64,000 nt of DNA from Thermoplasmata archaeon (GCA_052326445.1 JBKQNC010000011.1:65229-129228), one strand, 5' to 3'; positions 38,136-47,551 are shown, counted from the stretch's first letter. Numbers and translations: made by a program. Notes: generated from the letters alone by a model not told the origin.

Positions 38136-39359
38136 CTAGGCGTAGACCGCTACGGCCACCACGCCCACGGACACGACGAACGCAAGGCTGGCCCAAAAAG
38201 CAGCCCGCCAAGCCCCGTGGAGAGCTTCCCTGCCCATGATCTTCGGGTCGGAGGCGATCTTCCCTACCAAGATCCCCGGGACGATCAGGATGAAGACCAT
38301 GGCCACCATCAGGGCCAAGATCAGGTCGATAAGCTGCGGGTAGAACAGGGGCACCAAGACCGCCGGGATGCTTTCGAGCGCATAGATCCAGATCGTGCTT
38401 CGCGGGCTCAGCCCGAAGGCCTCACGGACGCCCCACGCGCTCCCGAGGGAAATGACGACGAGGGCCAGGAACGCGGCAGCGACGAGCCCCGCGCCCATCA
38501 CATAAGCCCCGTTCGTGCCAAGTCCCGCCGAGAGCGCGCTCGTGAACCCGCTTCTCGTCGTGAGGTCGATGGAGCCGTTGAGGCCGGCCCCGATCATCAC
38601 GACCGCGATCATGAGCGCCTCGCTGACGACGGCCCCGACGAGCGTGGATTGTCGGGAGATCGCGATAGAGGTCCGCTTCGTCGCCGTTGCCGAGGATTGG
38701 AAGAAGAGCATGAACGGCATCACGACAGCGCCGGCCGTCGCCGCTAGGAGGAGGAAGAACGACGGAGCGGCGGAGACACCCAACGGGGAGTAGGGGAGAA
38801 GCCCGCGATGGAGGACCACGACGGTCAGGGCGATCACGACCCCCGCGGAGATACCGATGAGCACGCGCTCGACCCAGGCGTAGGGACCGCGCACCACGAG
38901 AGCGATGTGGGCCACGAACGCGATCGGAAGAGAGATAACGGGGGGAATCCCAAACACGCTGAGGCCGAGCGCGATGCCGGCGTACTCGGCGACGTAGGTC
39001 GCCACATCCCCCACCGCCATGGAGACCGCGGAGGCCTTCGCAACCGCGGGTCGGTAGTGGATCCTCGCCAATTCTCCCAGACCTTTTCCGGTGACCGATC
39101 CGATGCGGCCGGCGGCCTCTTGGATGAAGAACAGGGGAAGGGTCAGCGCGACCAGGACCCAGATGAAGTCGTACCGGTAGCTGGAGCCCGACGCCAGCGC
39201 AGTGAGAATACTCGCCGCATCCACGTCGGCGATCATGACGAGCCAGGCAGGACCGCCGCGCCACCGCCGCGGGGCTTTCAAGTGGGCCGAAAGCGAGGCA
39301 AGGGTCAGGTTACCCACGTTGGAGTCGGGCGTGTCCCCGGGGCGCGTTTCGTCGCCCAT
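38136..39359 (-). CDS. mntH: NRAMP family divalent metal (Mn2+/Fe2+) transporter; start taken at MGDETRP (39359); the ORF extends to 39449
   Basis: NRAMP consensus transport motif and polytopic topology (…GSVTGKGLGELARIHY…, …GAVVMPFMLFFQSS…). Confidence 0.8.
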   Translation of the reverse strand: MGDETRPGDTPDSNVGNLTLASLSAHLKAPRRWRGGPAWLVMIADVDAASILTALASGSSYRYDFIWVLVALTLPLFFIQEAAGRIGSVTGKGLGELARIHYRPAVAKASAVSMAVGDVATYVAEYAGIALGLSVFGIPPVISLPIAFVAHIALVVRGPYAWVERVLIGISAGVVIALTVVVLHRGLLPYSPLGVSAAPSFFLLLAATAGAVVMPFMLFFQSSATATKRTSIAISRQSTLVGAVVSEALMIAVVMIGAGLNGSIDLTTRSGFTSALSAGLGTNGAYVMGAGLVAAAFLALVVISLGSAWGVREAFGLSPRSTIWIYALESIPAVLVPLFYPQLIDLILALMVAMVFILIVPGILVGKIASDPKIMGREALHGAWRAAFWASLAFVVSVGVVAVAVYA

Positions 39360-39463
39360 CGTCAAGGGAACGAGCGCGAGAGGGCCATAAGTACACGGAC
39401 GTTCAGTGGCGGCCCCCACGGAGCCCCACCCCGGGAGGTAGAATCCCAACCGGGCCGAAGCGG

Positions 39464-40027
39464 CTACGGACTGGCCAGGTCGTATTCGAAGAACAAGGCG
39501 TCCATTACGGGGTGGGGCCAGTACCGTTCCGTGGCTCGGAATCCCATTTTCCGATACGTCGCGATCGCACCGACCATGGTGGGCAGCGTGTCGAGAACCA
39601 CCCGCCGGTACCCCAGGGTGCGCGCTCTTTCGAGGGCTCGGCGAGTCAACTGCATTCCGACCCCCCGGCCCCGGTGCGAGTCTCGGACGTACAGCCGTTT
39701 GAACTCCCCCACCCCTTCAGACTGACGGTGGATCGCTGCACAACCAAAGGCGGTAGTCCCATCATAGGCCAGGAAGAGCGCCCCATCCGGGGGAGAATAC
39801 TCGCCCGGAAGCGTCTCGATCTCCCGGTCCAGGTGCGCGAGTCCCCGAGCGAGTATCTCGTCCCCGAAGGCGGTGACCTCTCGGTGCTCGACGAGCCAGG
39901 CGCGATACTCGAGGAACAAGGCCCGCGCTTCTTCGACCTCAGCGGGTCGGGCGGCCTCGCGGATCGAGGTCGAGCCGGAACTCGATGTGCTATCCACGGC
40001 GATCCTCCTCTCCCTACGGAGTTCCAA
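39464..40027 (-). CDS. GNAT family N-acetyltransferase
   Basis: …LYVRDSHRGRGVGMQLTRRALERAR… is the acetyl-CoA binding motif. Confidence 0.7.
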   Translation of the reverse strand: MELRRERRIAVDSTSSSGSTSIREAARPAEVEEARALFLEYRAWLVEHREVTAFGDEILARGLAHLDREIETLPGEYSPPDGALFLAYDGTTAFGCAAIHRQSEGVGEFKRLYVRDSHRGRGVGMQLTRRALERARTLGYRRVVLDTLPTMVGAIATYRKMGFRATERYWPHPVMDALFFEYDLASP

Positions 40028-40032
40028 CTCCG

Positions 40033-40491
40033 TCAGTCAGTCTCCTTCTTCTTGGTCGGTCCCCGGGCCAGGGCCCGCCGTTCTGCGAGAGTCGGCCGAC
40101 GTCCGATCGTGATCCATATGCCGTCAGGATCTCGGACACTGGCCATCCAGCCTCCCGTCGTTGACGGACGATACCGCGTCGATTTCGCGCCCAATTTGAG
40201 GAGTCGGGTGTACTCTCGCTCTAGGGCGGCCACGGGAGCGACCCCGATCGTGAAATCCAGATGGTCGACCCCGTCCCCCGCGGAGTACGGGGAACCGAAC
40301 AACGAGCCGCGGGGGTACCAGTTCAGTTCGACGACCCGATGAGAACGAGGGTCCTCCAACTGGGCCCAAAGACCCCCGCCCCAGCCTCGGGTGTCCCCCC
40401 TCGCCCGGAGTTTCAGTCCGAGCGCCCCGGTGTAGAATCGGAGAGAGCGTTGGAAATTGGTCACTCGAAGGCCGACCTGTTCGAGCTTCAT
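40033..40491 (-). CDS. VOC/glyoxalase-bleomycin resistance family protein (start at MKLEQVGLRV)
   Basis: …VGLRVTNFQRSLRFYTGALGLKL…DHLDFTIG… is the paired beta-alpha-beta-beta-beta VOC signature. Confidence 0.65.
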   Translation of the reverse strand: MKLEQVGLRVTNFQRSLRFYTGALGLKLRARGDTRGWGGGLWAQLEDPRSHRVVELNWYPRGSLFGSPYSAGDGVDHLDFTIGVAPVAALEREYTRLLKLGAKSTRYRPSTTGGWMASVRDPDGIWITIGRRPTLAERRALARGPTKKKETD

Positions 40492-40739
40492 TTTCGTCCT
40501 CGCGAGCAGGCTCGCAACCACCCCACAAGGGGTCCCACTAAATGTACTCCGGACAGGTCGCGAAACGCCCCGACAAGGCCGATGGATGGGTGCAAGGACC
40601 AGGGCCACCACCTCAGGCCGATCGACCGAAAGCTTCCTTCGGGCGAAAACGCCTCAAACCTCCCGTCCCTGGGTTGTTGAGACCAGGAAGGGGATACGGG
40701 AGAATGGCCGAGCTCACTTAGGCCTCCACTGGCCTGGAA

Positions 40740-41063
40740 GTGCTGGGGAAGACGGATTTCTCGAACGGGCGCTTGAACCGGACCGGACCCTACGTCGTCT
40801 GCTTCGGCGCTACATGGTGCCCGGTCACCCGTCGCTTCATGCCGAGCTTTCTCGCCCTCCACGGAAAGGTGCCCGGCACCATGGCCATCGCGGACATCAC
40901 CGATACCGACAATCCTCTTTGGGACGATTTTCGAATTCGTATCTCTCCCTCCATCCTCGTCTTTCGAGACGGAGCGCTCGTGAGCCGCGTGGACGGAAGG
41001 AGGTTCCTCGGCATTACTCGCTCTGACTTGAGGAAGTTCGAACAGACTCTCACGGCCCACTGA
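40740..41063 (+). CDS. Thioredoxin-fold protein with monothiol W-C-P-V-T active site
   Basis: YVVCFGATWCPVTRRF corresponds to the Trx WCGPC region but carries a single Cys. Confidence 0.55.
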   Translation: MLGKTDFSNGRLNRTGPYVVCFGATWCPVTRRFMPSFLALHGKVPGTMAIADITDTDNPLWDDFRIRISPSILVFRDGALVSRVDGRRFLGITRSDLRKFEQTLTAH

Positions 41064-41259
41064 CTCTGCCGTGCCTTCGTTCCTCTGGTCAGGACAGTCA
41101 TGAACCCGGTTTGACGGCCGGGTCATAAGCTAGCATGTGGTCCGGCTTCTGTCCGGTCGCCCTACGGTCGCTTCCCCTGGGCCATCCACCGCGCCGCCTG
41201 CCGCGTCGCCCCTCACTTCGTCGCCTGCCTCCCCGAATCGGCCGGGTCCCTCGAAAGGC

Positions 41260-42456
41260 ATGCTCGGGGCCATCGCGGTCGTAGTGGTCGTAGTAATCGT
41301 TGTCCTTTCTCTTCTCGTTACCGGTGTGATACCGGGTCTCCACACTGGCACGAGCACGACATCGGGACCCCAGCCCGAACAGTCGGCCGCCGGACCGGCG
41401 AACAGCCTCGCTACCTCGACCGGGGGCGGACCTTGGACGCTGATCTTCGTCGGGGCCAACGACTACACATGGGCGCAGCATATTCTCGTTCAGAACTACA
41501 GCAATGCGACCTGTCCCTTCCACGGGTCGACGATCACCTCGATTACCATCCCGGCCTTCACCGGGGAGTACTACTCCGGATTGGCGAACGCGTGGCTGTA
41601 TCAGTACATTTCCGCCGGCGGGGCCACCCTGGTCGTAGCCGTCCAGAACGGCTCGGCGCAGGAGGACGGTCAAACCACCGGGCCCGGGTGTGCGCCCGGC
41701 GGCCTCGAGCCCCTCCCGGGCGGCTTGGTGGACAGCTCCGCCGCGGCCACTGCGGCCTTCGGCTCGAGGGCCGGTGCGGGGTTCTCCTCCTCGGTGACGC
41801 GGGCGAACGTTTCCTACTACCTCGATATGCAGCAGCCCCAAGGGTTCCATTCGATCGTCCCGATCTGGCTGATCCAGGCCGACGGCTGCGGCGGTCACAA
41901 CTACTCGTACTTTTTCTCGAGGGTGTACGCTGCGAACGGAACAGTCCGGACCGCGTCGAACGGGTCGGAGGGGGCCTCCTCCTACTGCGGCAGATTGCCC
42001 CCGCCCATCGGCAGCGCCCTCGCCCTCGGAAGCGCGGTCGGGGGCACGTGCCCGTCGGGGTCGGGCGTAGCGCCCGCGGACCTCAACGGGTGCAAGGTGG
42101 GAGACTACTACTATCGGCTGACCGTGGAATCGTCGACGGTCGAGCTTGGAAATTTTGAGCTCAAGGTCGTCACGGCCACCGATGCCACGTTCATGGCGAC
42201 GGGCGGGGCCGCGTTTTCGGTAGTCAGCATCACCGGGGTAGTCGTCGTAAGCTATGCGTTGAGCTCGGGCCCGCTATCGATGAGTTCGACCTGGCAGGCG
42301 TTCGCCAACGGAATCTCGGGGACAACCCCCGTGACCAGCCAGGACACGGTCGTCGTGGACATGGGTCAGACCAGTTCGACATTGGGGGAATCCCTGGCGT
42401 TGCAAGCGGTAGGGGTCGGCTCCTACAGCGGTGCAACGACTACGGGGCTCCCGTAG
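41260..42456 (+). CDS. Membrane-anchored secreted glycoprotein, member of GCxxGD[YF]xY-motif paralog family
   Basis: N-terminal TM anchor (MLGAIAVVVVVVIVVL), many N-x-S/T sequons, and the C-terminal motif GCKVGDYYYRLTVESSTVELGNF shared with 54488..55120 and 62498..62938. Confidence 0.65.
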   Translation: MLGAIAVVVVVVIVVLSLLVTGVIPGLHTGTSTTSGPQPEQSAAGPANSLATSTGGGPWTLIFVGANDYTWAQHILVQNYSNATCPFHGSTITSITIPAFTGEYYSGLANAWLYQYISAGGATLVVAVQNGSAQEDGQTTGPGCAPGGLEPLPGGLVDSSAAATAAFGSRAGAGFSSSVTRANVSYYLDMQQPQGFHSIVPIWLIQADGCGGHNYSYFFSRVYAANGTVRTASNGSEGASSYCGRLPPPIGSALALGSAVGGTCPSGSGVAPADLNGCKVGDYYYRLTVESSTVELGNFELKVVTATDATFMATGGAAFSVVSITGVVVVSYALSSGPLSMSSTWQAFANGISGTTPVTSQDTVVVDMGQTSSTLGESLALQAVGVGSYSGATTTGLP

Positions 42457-42922
42457 CGAGATATTCGGCACCAGGATCGCTGCCTCGAGAGGCCGCAATC
42501 TCCGAGTCCCCGACTGGGCTCACCAGCTTCGAAGTGCTTGGGCGACCTGCTTCCGTGCCGCCTTGGTCTGATGACCTGGGCCCGTACGGGTGTACGTCGT
42601 GCACGCACACGCGCGGCATTGTCCATCCGCGACGTGGAGGCGCCTCTGGTGGAGGCAACCCGGGGTTTCGCATTCTGTCGTCATTTCAGGCTGCCTCGAT
42701 GTCGCGCACTTCGGTGAGAGAGCACGGGAGGGGCCTTAAGGATGGTCGCTCAGGCGGGGTCACCGTTTACGAACAGTTCTCCCGCGGAGTTCGTGCCGCG
42801 CTGGATCCCACCCGGCGCCGGAACGGACCGGGCCCCCACCATGCACCGAATGCGCCACCAATCGGCCGACGGGTTGCGGGCAGACAGATATTTGTAAGCC
42901 CACTCGCGAGTTCTATTCACTC

Positions 42923-43408
42923 ATGGCGCGGGCCGGGTCGGTGGACAAGCAGAGCGCCGGGTCTCGATCCAAAGAGAGCCTCAAACGGCATTGGCGGATC
43001 ATAACGGTCGTGGTGGTGGTCATTATCGCCGTGCTCGCCGCGGTCCTCTACGTTGTGTCGGAACGCCAAACGGTCGACGTAACCGGGGTCCACTACGAGT
43101 TCTTGGGAACTGATGCGCCAAACTGTGGCTGGTCCAACCTGACGGGACCCGGGGTTTCGGGTCTCAACGATGGGTCGATCCAAGTCTCCACCCCGCTCAC
43201 GACCCCGTCCGGCTCCGGACCTTGCCTCATCGGGGGCGTTTCGGCCGTTACCGGGGGATTCTCCGTGACGAACGTGGCGGTGCCGGCCAACATGGGAGGG
43301 GGGATTGGGGGGACCTTGACGGTCACCCTCACCACACCCACCACCGGGTTCACCGGAATTCTCTATCTTGATGTGGCGGTGAAACTCCCCGGTGGGGGAT
43401 CCCCCTGA
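42923..43408 (+). CDS. Small membrane-anchored secreted protein (hypothetical)
   Basis: TM anchor IITVVVVVIIAVLAAVLYVV, then a ~120-aa G/T-rich domain. Confidence 0.55.
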   Translation: MARAGSVDKQSAGSRSKESLKRHWRIITVVVVVIIAVLAAVLYVVSERQTVDVTGVHYEFLGTDAPNCGWSNLTGPGVSGLNDGSIQVSTPLTTPSGSGPCLIGGVSAVTGGFSVTNVAVPANMGGGIGGTLTVTLTTPTTGFTGILYLDVAVKLPGGGSP

Positions 43409-43429
43409 CTCACGCGGGCCAGCGCGGCC

Positions 43430-44128
43430 TCAGGAACGTTCGATCTCCTCGATCATGACGCTCAACGGTTGACGGTACCCAGCGGTAAGCAGGCCGGGGA
43501 CCCCTTGCGGCGCTCCTTGCAGGCACTCCACCTTGACGACAGAGATTCCGCCGGGGCCCTCGTCGTCGAGTCGAAGGAGGTAGTCGACCGCCGGAGTATT
43601 CTGTAACTGGGGGGCGCGCGAGATGGTGAAGATGATCGTGGCCGCCTTCGAGTTGATGGCCTCGACAAACGGACGGATCCCACCGACCTTGGCGGTATAC
43701 AGCTTGGCGGCCCGGTCCGAGTTGGCGATGATCAACGCTCTCGTCGAATCCATGGCGCTCCGGTCCTCCAGGATGTGCCGAGCCAGAGCGGGGAGCCGCA
43801 TGAAATCCGCCAGGGTCCGGATCCGGTCATCCGCCGAGATGTCGTCGCGGACGAACCAGCTCGCCATGTTTCCGAGGTCGGTGTCCGGCGTGAGGTCCGT
43901 GGGGTCGAGCAGGAACAGGTGGTCCGCGGGAACTCGGTCGACGATGGCGTTCTCGCCCGGGTCGGCCGGTCCGTTGCGACTCGTCACCTGGAGCCAAAAC
44001 GGCTCGGGGTCGATCTTGCGGCCAATGGCCCAGGCCAGTCGGGACCGGTCGGCCGCGCTGGCTCCCCAGATCCCGAAGGACGCCGGGAAATTCCAATCGC
44101 GAGCGTAGGTCCTGGGTCTGGTGGGCAT
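43430..44128 (-). CDS. Hypothetical protein with degenerate P-loop-like motif
   Basis: GIWGASAADRSRLAWAIG resembles a Walker A site but lacks the Lys. Divergent from TBP. Confidence 0.5.
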   Translation of the reverse strand: MPTRPRTYARDWNFPASFGIWGASAADRSRLAWAIGRKIDPEPFWLQVTSRNGPADPGENAIVDRVPADHLFLLDPTDLTPDTDLGNMASWFVRDDISADDRIRTLADFMRLPALARHILEDRSAMDSTRALIIANSDRAAKLYTAKVGGIRPFVEAINSKAATIIFTISRAPQLQNTPAVDYLLRLDDEGPGGISVVKVECLQGAPQGVPGLLTAGYRQPLSVMIEEIERS

Positions 44129-44211
44129 GGTTCTGCTTCCCCGGGAAGAACGGGAGAGGCTCTCCCCCTGCGACCCGGTTCTCGGGAGAAGTCGTACATC
44201 GCGCTCTGGGG

Positions 44212-44218
44212 GTATAAA
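44212..44218. promoter_or_regulatory. Consensus archaeal TATA box (GTATAAA) in the 43430/TBP intergenic region
   Basis: Perfect TATA consensus. Lies about 85 nt upstream of the minus-strand ATG at 44128 and about 200 nt upstream of the TBP ATG. Confidence 0.35.
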
Positions 44219-44389
44219 CTCAGAACCTCGTCAGGGGGGCGTCTTTCGTTTCGTGCGGCAGGGGGGGAACCGGGAATCGGGGGTCGAGGTCCGAAACCCT
44301 GTTCCCGGCGAGAAATGAGTTGGTCCGGAGCTCATCACGCGCAAAACTCACCCTCAAACAGACTCCCCGGAGGGGGGTGGGGCGCTTCG

Positions 44390-44418
44390 TTAAATACCCA
44401 TTTAAATACTGTTTATAA
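44390..44418 (+). promoter_or_regulatory. TBP promoter with three stacked TATA-like elements (TTAAATA, TTTAAATA, TTTATAA); leaderless
   Basis: AT-rich island immediately 5' of the TBP ATG at 44423. The most upstream box is centred about 30 nt from the ATG. Confidence 0.5.
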
Positions 44419-44422
44419 TGTC

Positions 44423-45109
44423 ATGACACGGATCCGAATCGAGAACGTGGTGGCTTCGACCTCACTGGGTGACGAGTTGGACCTGCAGTCGATCGCCTTC
44501 CGTCTCAACGGTGCCGAGTACGAGCCCGAACAGTTCCCCGGCCTGATCTACCGGTTGAAGCAGCCGAAGACCGCGATCCTGCTGTTCCGATCCGGAAAGG
44601 TGGTCTGCACCGGCGGAAAGAGCATGCTCGATGTGGAGACCTCGATCCACACGGTGGCCGGAGAGATCAAGAAGATGGGTCAGCGGATCACGATGCATCC
44701 GAAGATCGAGGTACAGAACATCGTGGCGACCTCCGACCTGGGCTGCGAGATCAACCTGAACTCGATCGCGGTAACCCTGGGACTGGACCGGGTGGAGTAC
44801 GAACCGGAGCAATTCCCCGGGCTCGTCCTTCGAATGGAAACTCCTCGCGTGGTTCTCTTGCTGTTCGGCAGCGGAAAGATGGTCTGTACCGGAGCTCGTC
44901 GCCCCTCGGACATCCAGCTCGCGGTCGAGAAGGTCATCGAAGAGCTGGAGGGCGCGGGTCTGCTCTCGGGTGAACGCAGCGTTCCGGGAGCCGCTCCCTC
45001 ATCCTCCGGTGGAAAACCTCGCACCTCGACTCCGCGCAAGGCGCCTCAGTGGAAGGACGCCTCCCCGTCGATGGGCGGGACTCCGTCCTCGCCCGGTCCT
45101 TCCCGGTAA
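44423..45109 (+). CDS. tbp: TATA-box binding protein with unusual basic S/P-rich C-terminal extension
   Basis: Two direct TBP repeats: MTRIRIENVVASTSLGDELDLQSIAFRLNGAEYEPEQFPGLIYRLKQPKTAILLFRSGKVVCTGGKS… and …IEVQNIVATSDLGCEINLNSIAVTL…YEPEQFPGLVLRMETPRVVLLLFGSGKMVCTGAR. The last ~45 aa are KPRTSTPRKAPQWK…. Confidence 0.95.
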   Translation: MTRIRIENVVASTSLGDELDLQSIAFRLNGAEYEPEQFPGLIYRLKQPKTAILLFRSGKVVCTGGKSMLDVETSIHTVAGEIKKMGQRITMHPKIEVQNIVATSDLGCEINLNSIAVTLGLDRVEYEPEQFPGLVLRMETPRVVLLLFGSGKMVCTGARRPSDIQLAVEKVIEELEGAGLLSGERSVPGAAPSSSGGKPRTSTPRKAPQWKDASPSMGGTPSSPGPSR

Positions 45110-45232
45110 CCCGGACGACCCAGCCATCGCTCGGCTCCATGCGCCAGGTCCTCCGAACCCGAGGCGCATGGGAAGGAACTCCCAACTTCCTCCGTCTGCC
45201 CGAGAGATTGGGGTCGACAGGGCCGTGACTCG

Positions 45233-45751
45233 GTGAAGCGGGCCCCGAATCTCATCGTGCTCTCCGGTCTTCCCGGTACCGGAAAGTCCACCTTGGCCGA
45301 GGCGGTGGCCGAGCGTCTCAACGCCTCCTGGTTACGCGTAGACACGCTCGAAGCCGCGATGGTCAAGGCCGGGGTTCCGCGATCGTTCGAGACGGGGCTG
45401 GCGGCCTACGTGGGATGCCGGGATCAAGCGGCCGATCAGCTCCGAATCGGCCGCTCGGTCGTGATCGATGCCGTCAATGGAGTGGAGCCCGCCCGTCGCA
45501 TGTGGAGTGATCTCGCGGAAGAACTTCGGGCAAAACGCTTCACCATCCACGTAACTTGCCCCGATCTGAAGGAGCACCGTCGCAGGGTGGAGGACCGGGA
45601 GGCACGGAACCCCCCGTTGCCGAAGCCCACCTGGGAAGAGGTAACGGAGCGGGAGTTCCAGCCCTGGGATGAGCCGGTTCTGGTCGTGGATACCACCGCA
45701 CTCGTGGCTCAGGTGGTCGAGCAGATCCTCGACTACGTGGGACGGGACTAG
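45233..45751 (+). CDS. P-loop NTPase / AAA_33-type kinase
   Basis: LIVLSGLPGTGKSTLAE is the Walker A motif; VVIDAVN is the Walker B-like motif. Confidence 0.7.
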   Translation: MKRAPNLIVLSGLPGTGKSTLAEAVAERLNASWLRVDTLEAAMVKAGVPRSFETGLAAYVGCRDQAADQLRIGRSVVIDAVNGVEPARRMWSDLAEELRAKRFTIHVTCPDLKEHRRRVEDREARNPPLPKPTWEEVTEREFQPWDEPVLVVDTTALVAQVVEQILDYVGRD

Positions 45752-45899
45752 CGGAAAATCGGGGCTGCCTCCAGCTGGGAGCGTTCCGGCGTTCGGCCGT
45801 TCTCTCTTCCTGACGGGGGGGGTCCGCCCACCAGTTTCCGGTCATCGGCTCTTGCACCCTCACCGCTTATGTCGAGGAAGCTAGGTCGTCTCCCTATCC

Positions 45900-46346
45900 A
45901 TGGACCTCGACGTCGAGCTCGTCGGCCGATCCGTTGGGGCTGATATCGGCCGGGTCGTGGTTTTGGAACTCTTGATCGCGGGCCTATTCGCCCTCATCTT
46001 CGGCTTCGAGTTCGGTTGGTCGCTCGTTGCATCCGAGTGGATCGCGTGGCCGACGGCCTTGGCCGTAACGGCCGTGGTCGAGCTCACGTTGGGGTTCCCT
46101 ACTCACGTAGCTTGGGCGGTCGGGGCTTCGGAAGCCGGTTTCGAACTCCGACGCTTCCGACATCCCGAGTTGTATCCGTGGTCCAGTCTCGAGCTCGCCG
46201 ACGGTTCACACTGGCACCCATTGTATGGCCGCGACTGGGTCGTGACCGTCACCCGTCCGAGCGACAATGTCGCGTTGTCGATCGGGCTGACGCCGGCTCA
46301 GCATGAGTTGCTACGCCGGTGGCTGGCAATAGCCCAACCGACCTAG
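45900..46346 (+). CDS. Hypothetical membrane protein
   Basis: Two TM helices and a W-rich C-terminal domain. Confidence 0.45.
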   Translation: MDLDVELVGRSVGADIGRVVVLELLIAGLFALIFGFEFGWSLVASEWIAWPTALAVTAVVELTLGFPTHVAWAVGASEAGFELRRFRHPELYPWSSLELADGSHWHPLYGRDWVVTVTRPSDNVALSIGLTPAQHELLRRWLAIAQPT

Positions 46347-46376
46347 AGACCGCACCCAACAACCGCCGAAGGCTGC

Positions 46377-46405
46377 GTGCAAGGTGCCTTGCACCCACTC
46401 AGGGG
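46377..46405. repeat. Extragenic palindrome GTGCAAGG-TG-CCTTGCAC followed by CCACTCAGGG (family copy 1)
   Basis: Perfect inverted repeat 3' of 45900..46346. Shares the core with copies at 47552, 54370 and 55168. Confidence 0.6.
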
Positions 46406-46545
46406 ACGAAAGGCCCTGGTCCCGCCCTCACTACGTCAACCCGGCTTGACGCCGGCCTATTCCCTCCGTAAGTCGAAGGAGGGAGACGAGGCCGGGCCCA
46501 ACTTTCTATCCGAAAGGTAAACGTTGGAACCGGGAGGGGAGACCC

Positions 46546-46995
46546 ATGAAGGCGATTGGGACATGGAAGGGTGGCAACCAAACACGTCTAGAGGACGGAC
46601 GGGGACACTCATTGATCGTGGACCTTCCCGCGGACGAGGGGGGACGCGACCTCGGGCCGTCGGCCCTGGAGCTCTCGGTCCTGTCTCTCGCGGGTTGCGT
46701 CACCACGATTTTCGCCTTAGTCGCGAAAAAGCGGAAACTGACTTTTGAGGCAATGACCATCGGCCTTGAAGCGCGGCGCCCAGCGGGATCGCCGACCATT
46801 ACTTCCGTGGCGGGAACCTTGCACGTGGTCACCGCGGCCCCAATGGATGAGGTCCAGGACACGCTCGACATCACCTTGAGGACATGCCCGGTCGGAGTTC
46901 TGTTCGAGCACGCCAAGATTCCGATCCAGGTCCATGCGATAGTTACCCCTCCGGTGTCGGACCAAATTGAGGTAGCACTGCTCAACCGCAGCTGA
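46546..46995 (+). CDS. OsmC/Ohr family peroxiredoxin-like protein
   Basis: …LSVLSLAGCVTTIF… and …LRTCPVG… are the two conserved OsmC cysteines. A GGGAGGGG Shine-Dalgarno precedes the ATG. Confidence 0.75.
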   Translation: MKAIGTWKGGNQTRLEDGRGHSLIVDLPADEGGRDLGPSALELSVLSLAGCVTTIFALVAKKRKLTFEAMTIGLEARRPAGSPTITSVAGTLHVVTAAPMDEVQDTLDITLRTCPVGVLFEHAKIPIQVHAIVTPPVSDQIEVALLNRS

Positions 46996-47267
46996 AGTGG
47001 CCTGTCGCCTGAGGTGCGGCGTTCGTTGGCTATCGCGCGCCGTTGAGACTCCTTTCATGGCGTGAGCCGGTGTCTTGGCTCCCTGAAAGAGGGCCGTCGC
47101 CCGAAGACCGCGCGGGCGAGCTCGCGCGTGGCGCGTTTGATGGCTCCGGGGCAGTGTGGGGCCCTATGCGGTGAAGCCCGCGAGGGGGCCGGCCCGAACC
47201 TCGAAGGAAAGGGCAGGAGGGCAGTGACACTTGGACCCGTGAGTAACTATAGCATTTTAGCGACGAC

Positions 47268-47289
47268 TATTTATTTACGTCATTTATTA
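47268..47289 (+). promoter_or_regulatory. AT-rich promoter island (TATTTATTTA … TTTATTA) upstream of the small ORF at 47301
   Basis: Sharp GC drop with TATA-like boxes 12-33 nt from the ATG. Confidence 0.4.
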
Positions 47290-47300
47290 CGTATGTTGAG

Positions 47301-47540
47301 ATGAGCGAACTCGAATGGGAACTGAGACGCATCCCCACGCCGTCCGCCCTGCGCGCTCCGGGAATCTCTCCGCCCCGCAGGGGAGCGGTCGCCGAATTTG
47401 CCGCCCTTGAATTCCCCCGGGAGAGCGTGGCTTGGGTGGTAGGGACCCACCGGCGCAAGAAAGCCAAAGTCGCCGCCAAGCCTGAACCGAAGGCGCCCAA
47501 GACGAAACAACAGAAACTCGACCGGTTCTGGGGCGTCTGA
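47301..47540 (+). CDS. Small basic hypothetical protein (79 aa, Lys-rich C-terminus)
   Basis: MSELEWELRR…RRKKAKVAAKPEPKAPKTKQQKLDRFWGV. Supported by the upstream promoter island and the downstream palindrome. Confidence 0.45.
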   Translation: MSELEWELRRIPTPSALRAPGISPPRRGAVAEFAALEFPRESVAWVVGTHRRKKAKVAAKPEPKAPKTKQQKLDRFWGV

Positions 47541-47551
47541 GCGACTAACCT

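Noticed and set aside
37563-38747. 394-aa + ORF; also 38422..39264 (-) and 38808..39725 (+)
   Set aside because: Antisense or out-of-frame relative to the DUF3052 and NRAMP genes; low-complexity.
44306-44422. In-frame upstream ATG that would extend TBP by 39 aa
   Set aside because: The extension would contain the three TATA-like boxes and has no similarity to TBPs. The conserved N-terminus starts at MTRIRIENV (44423).
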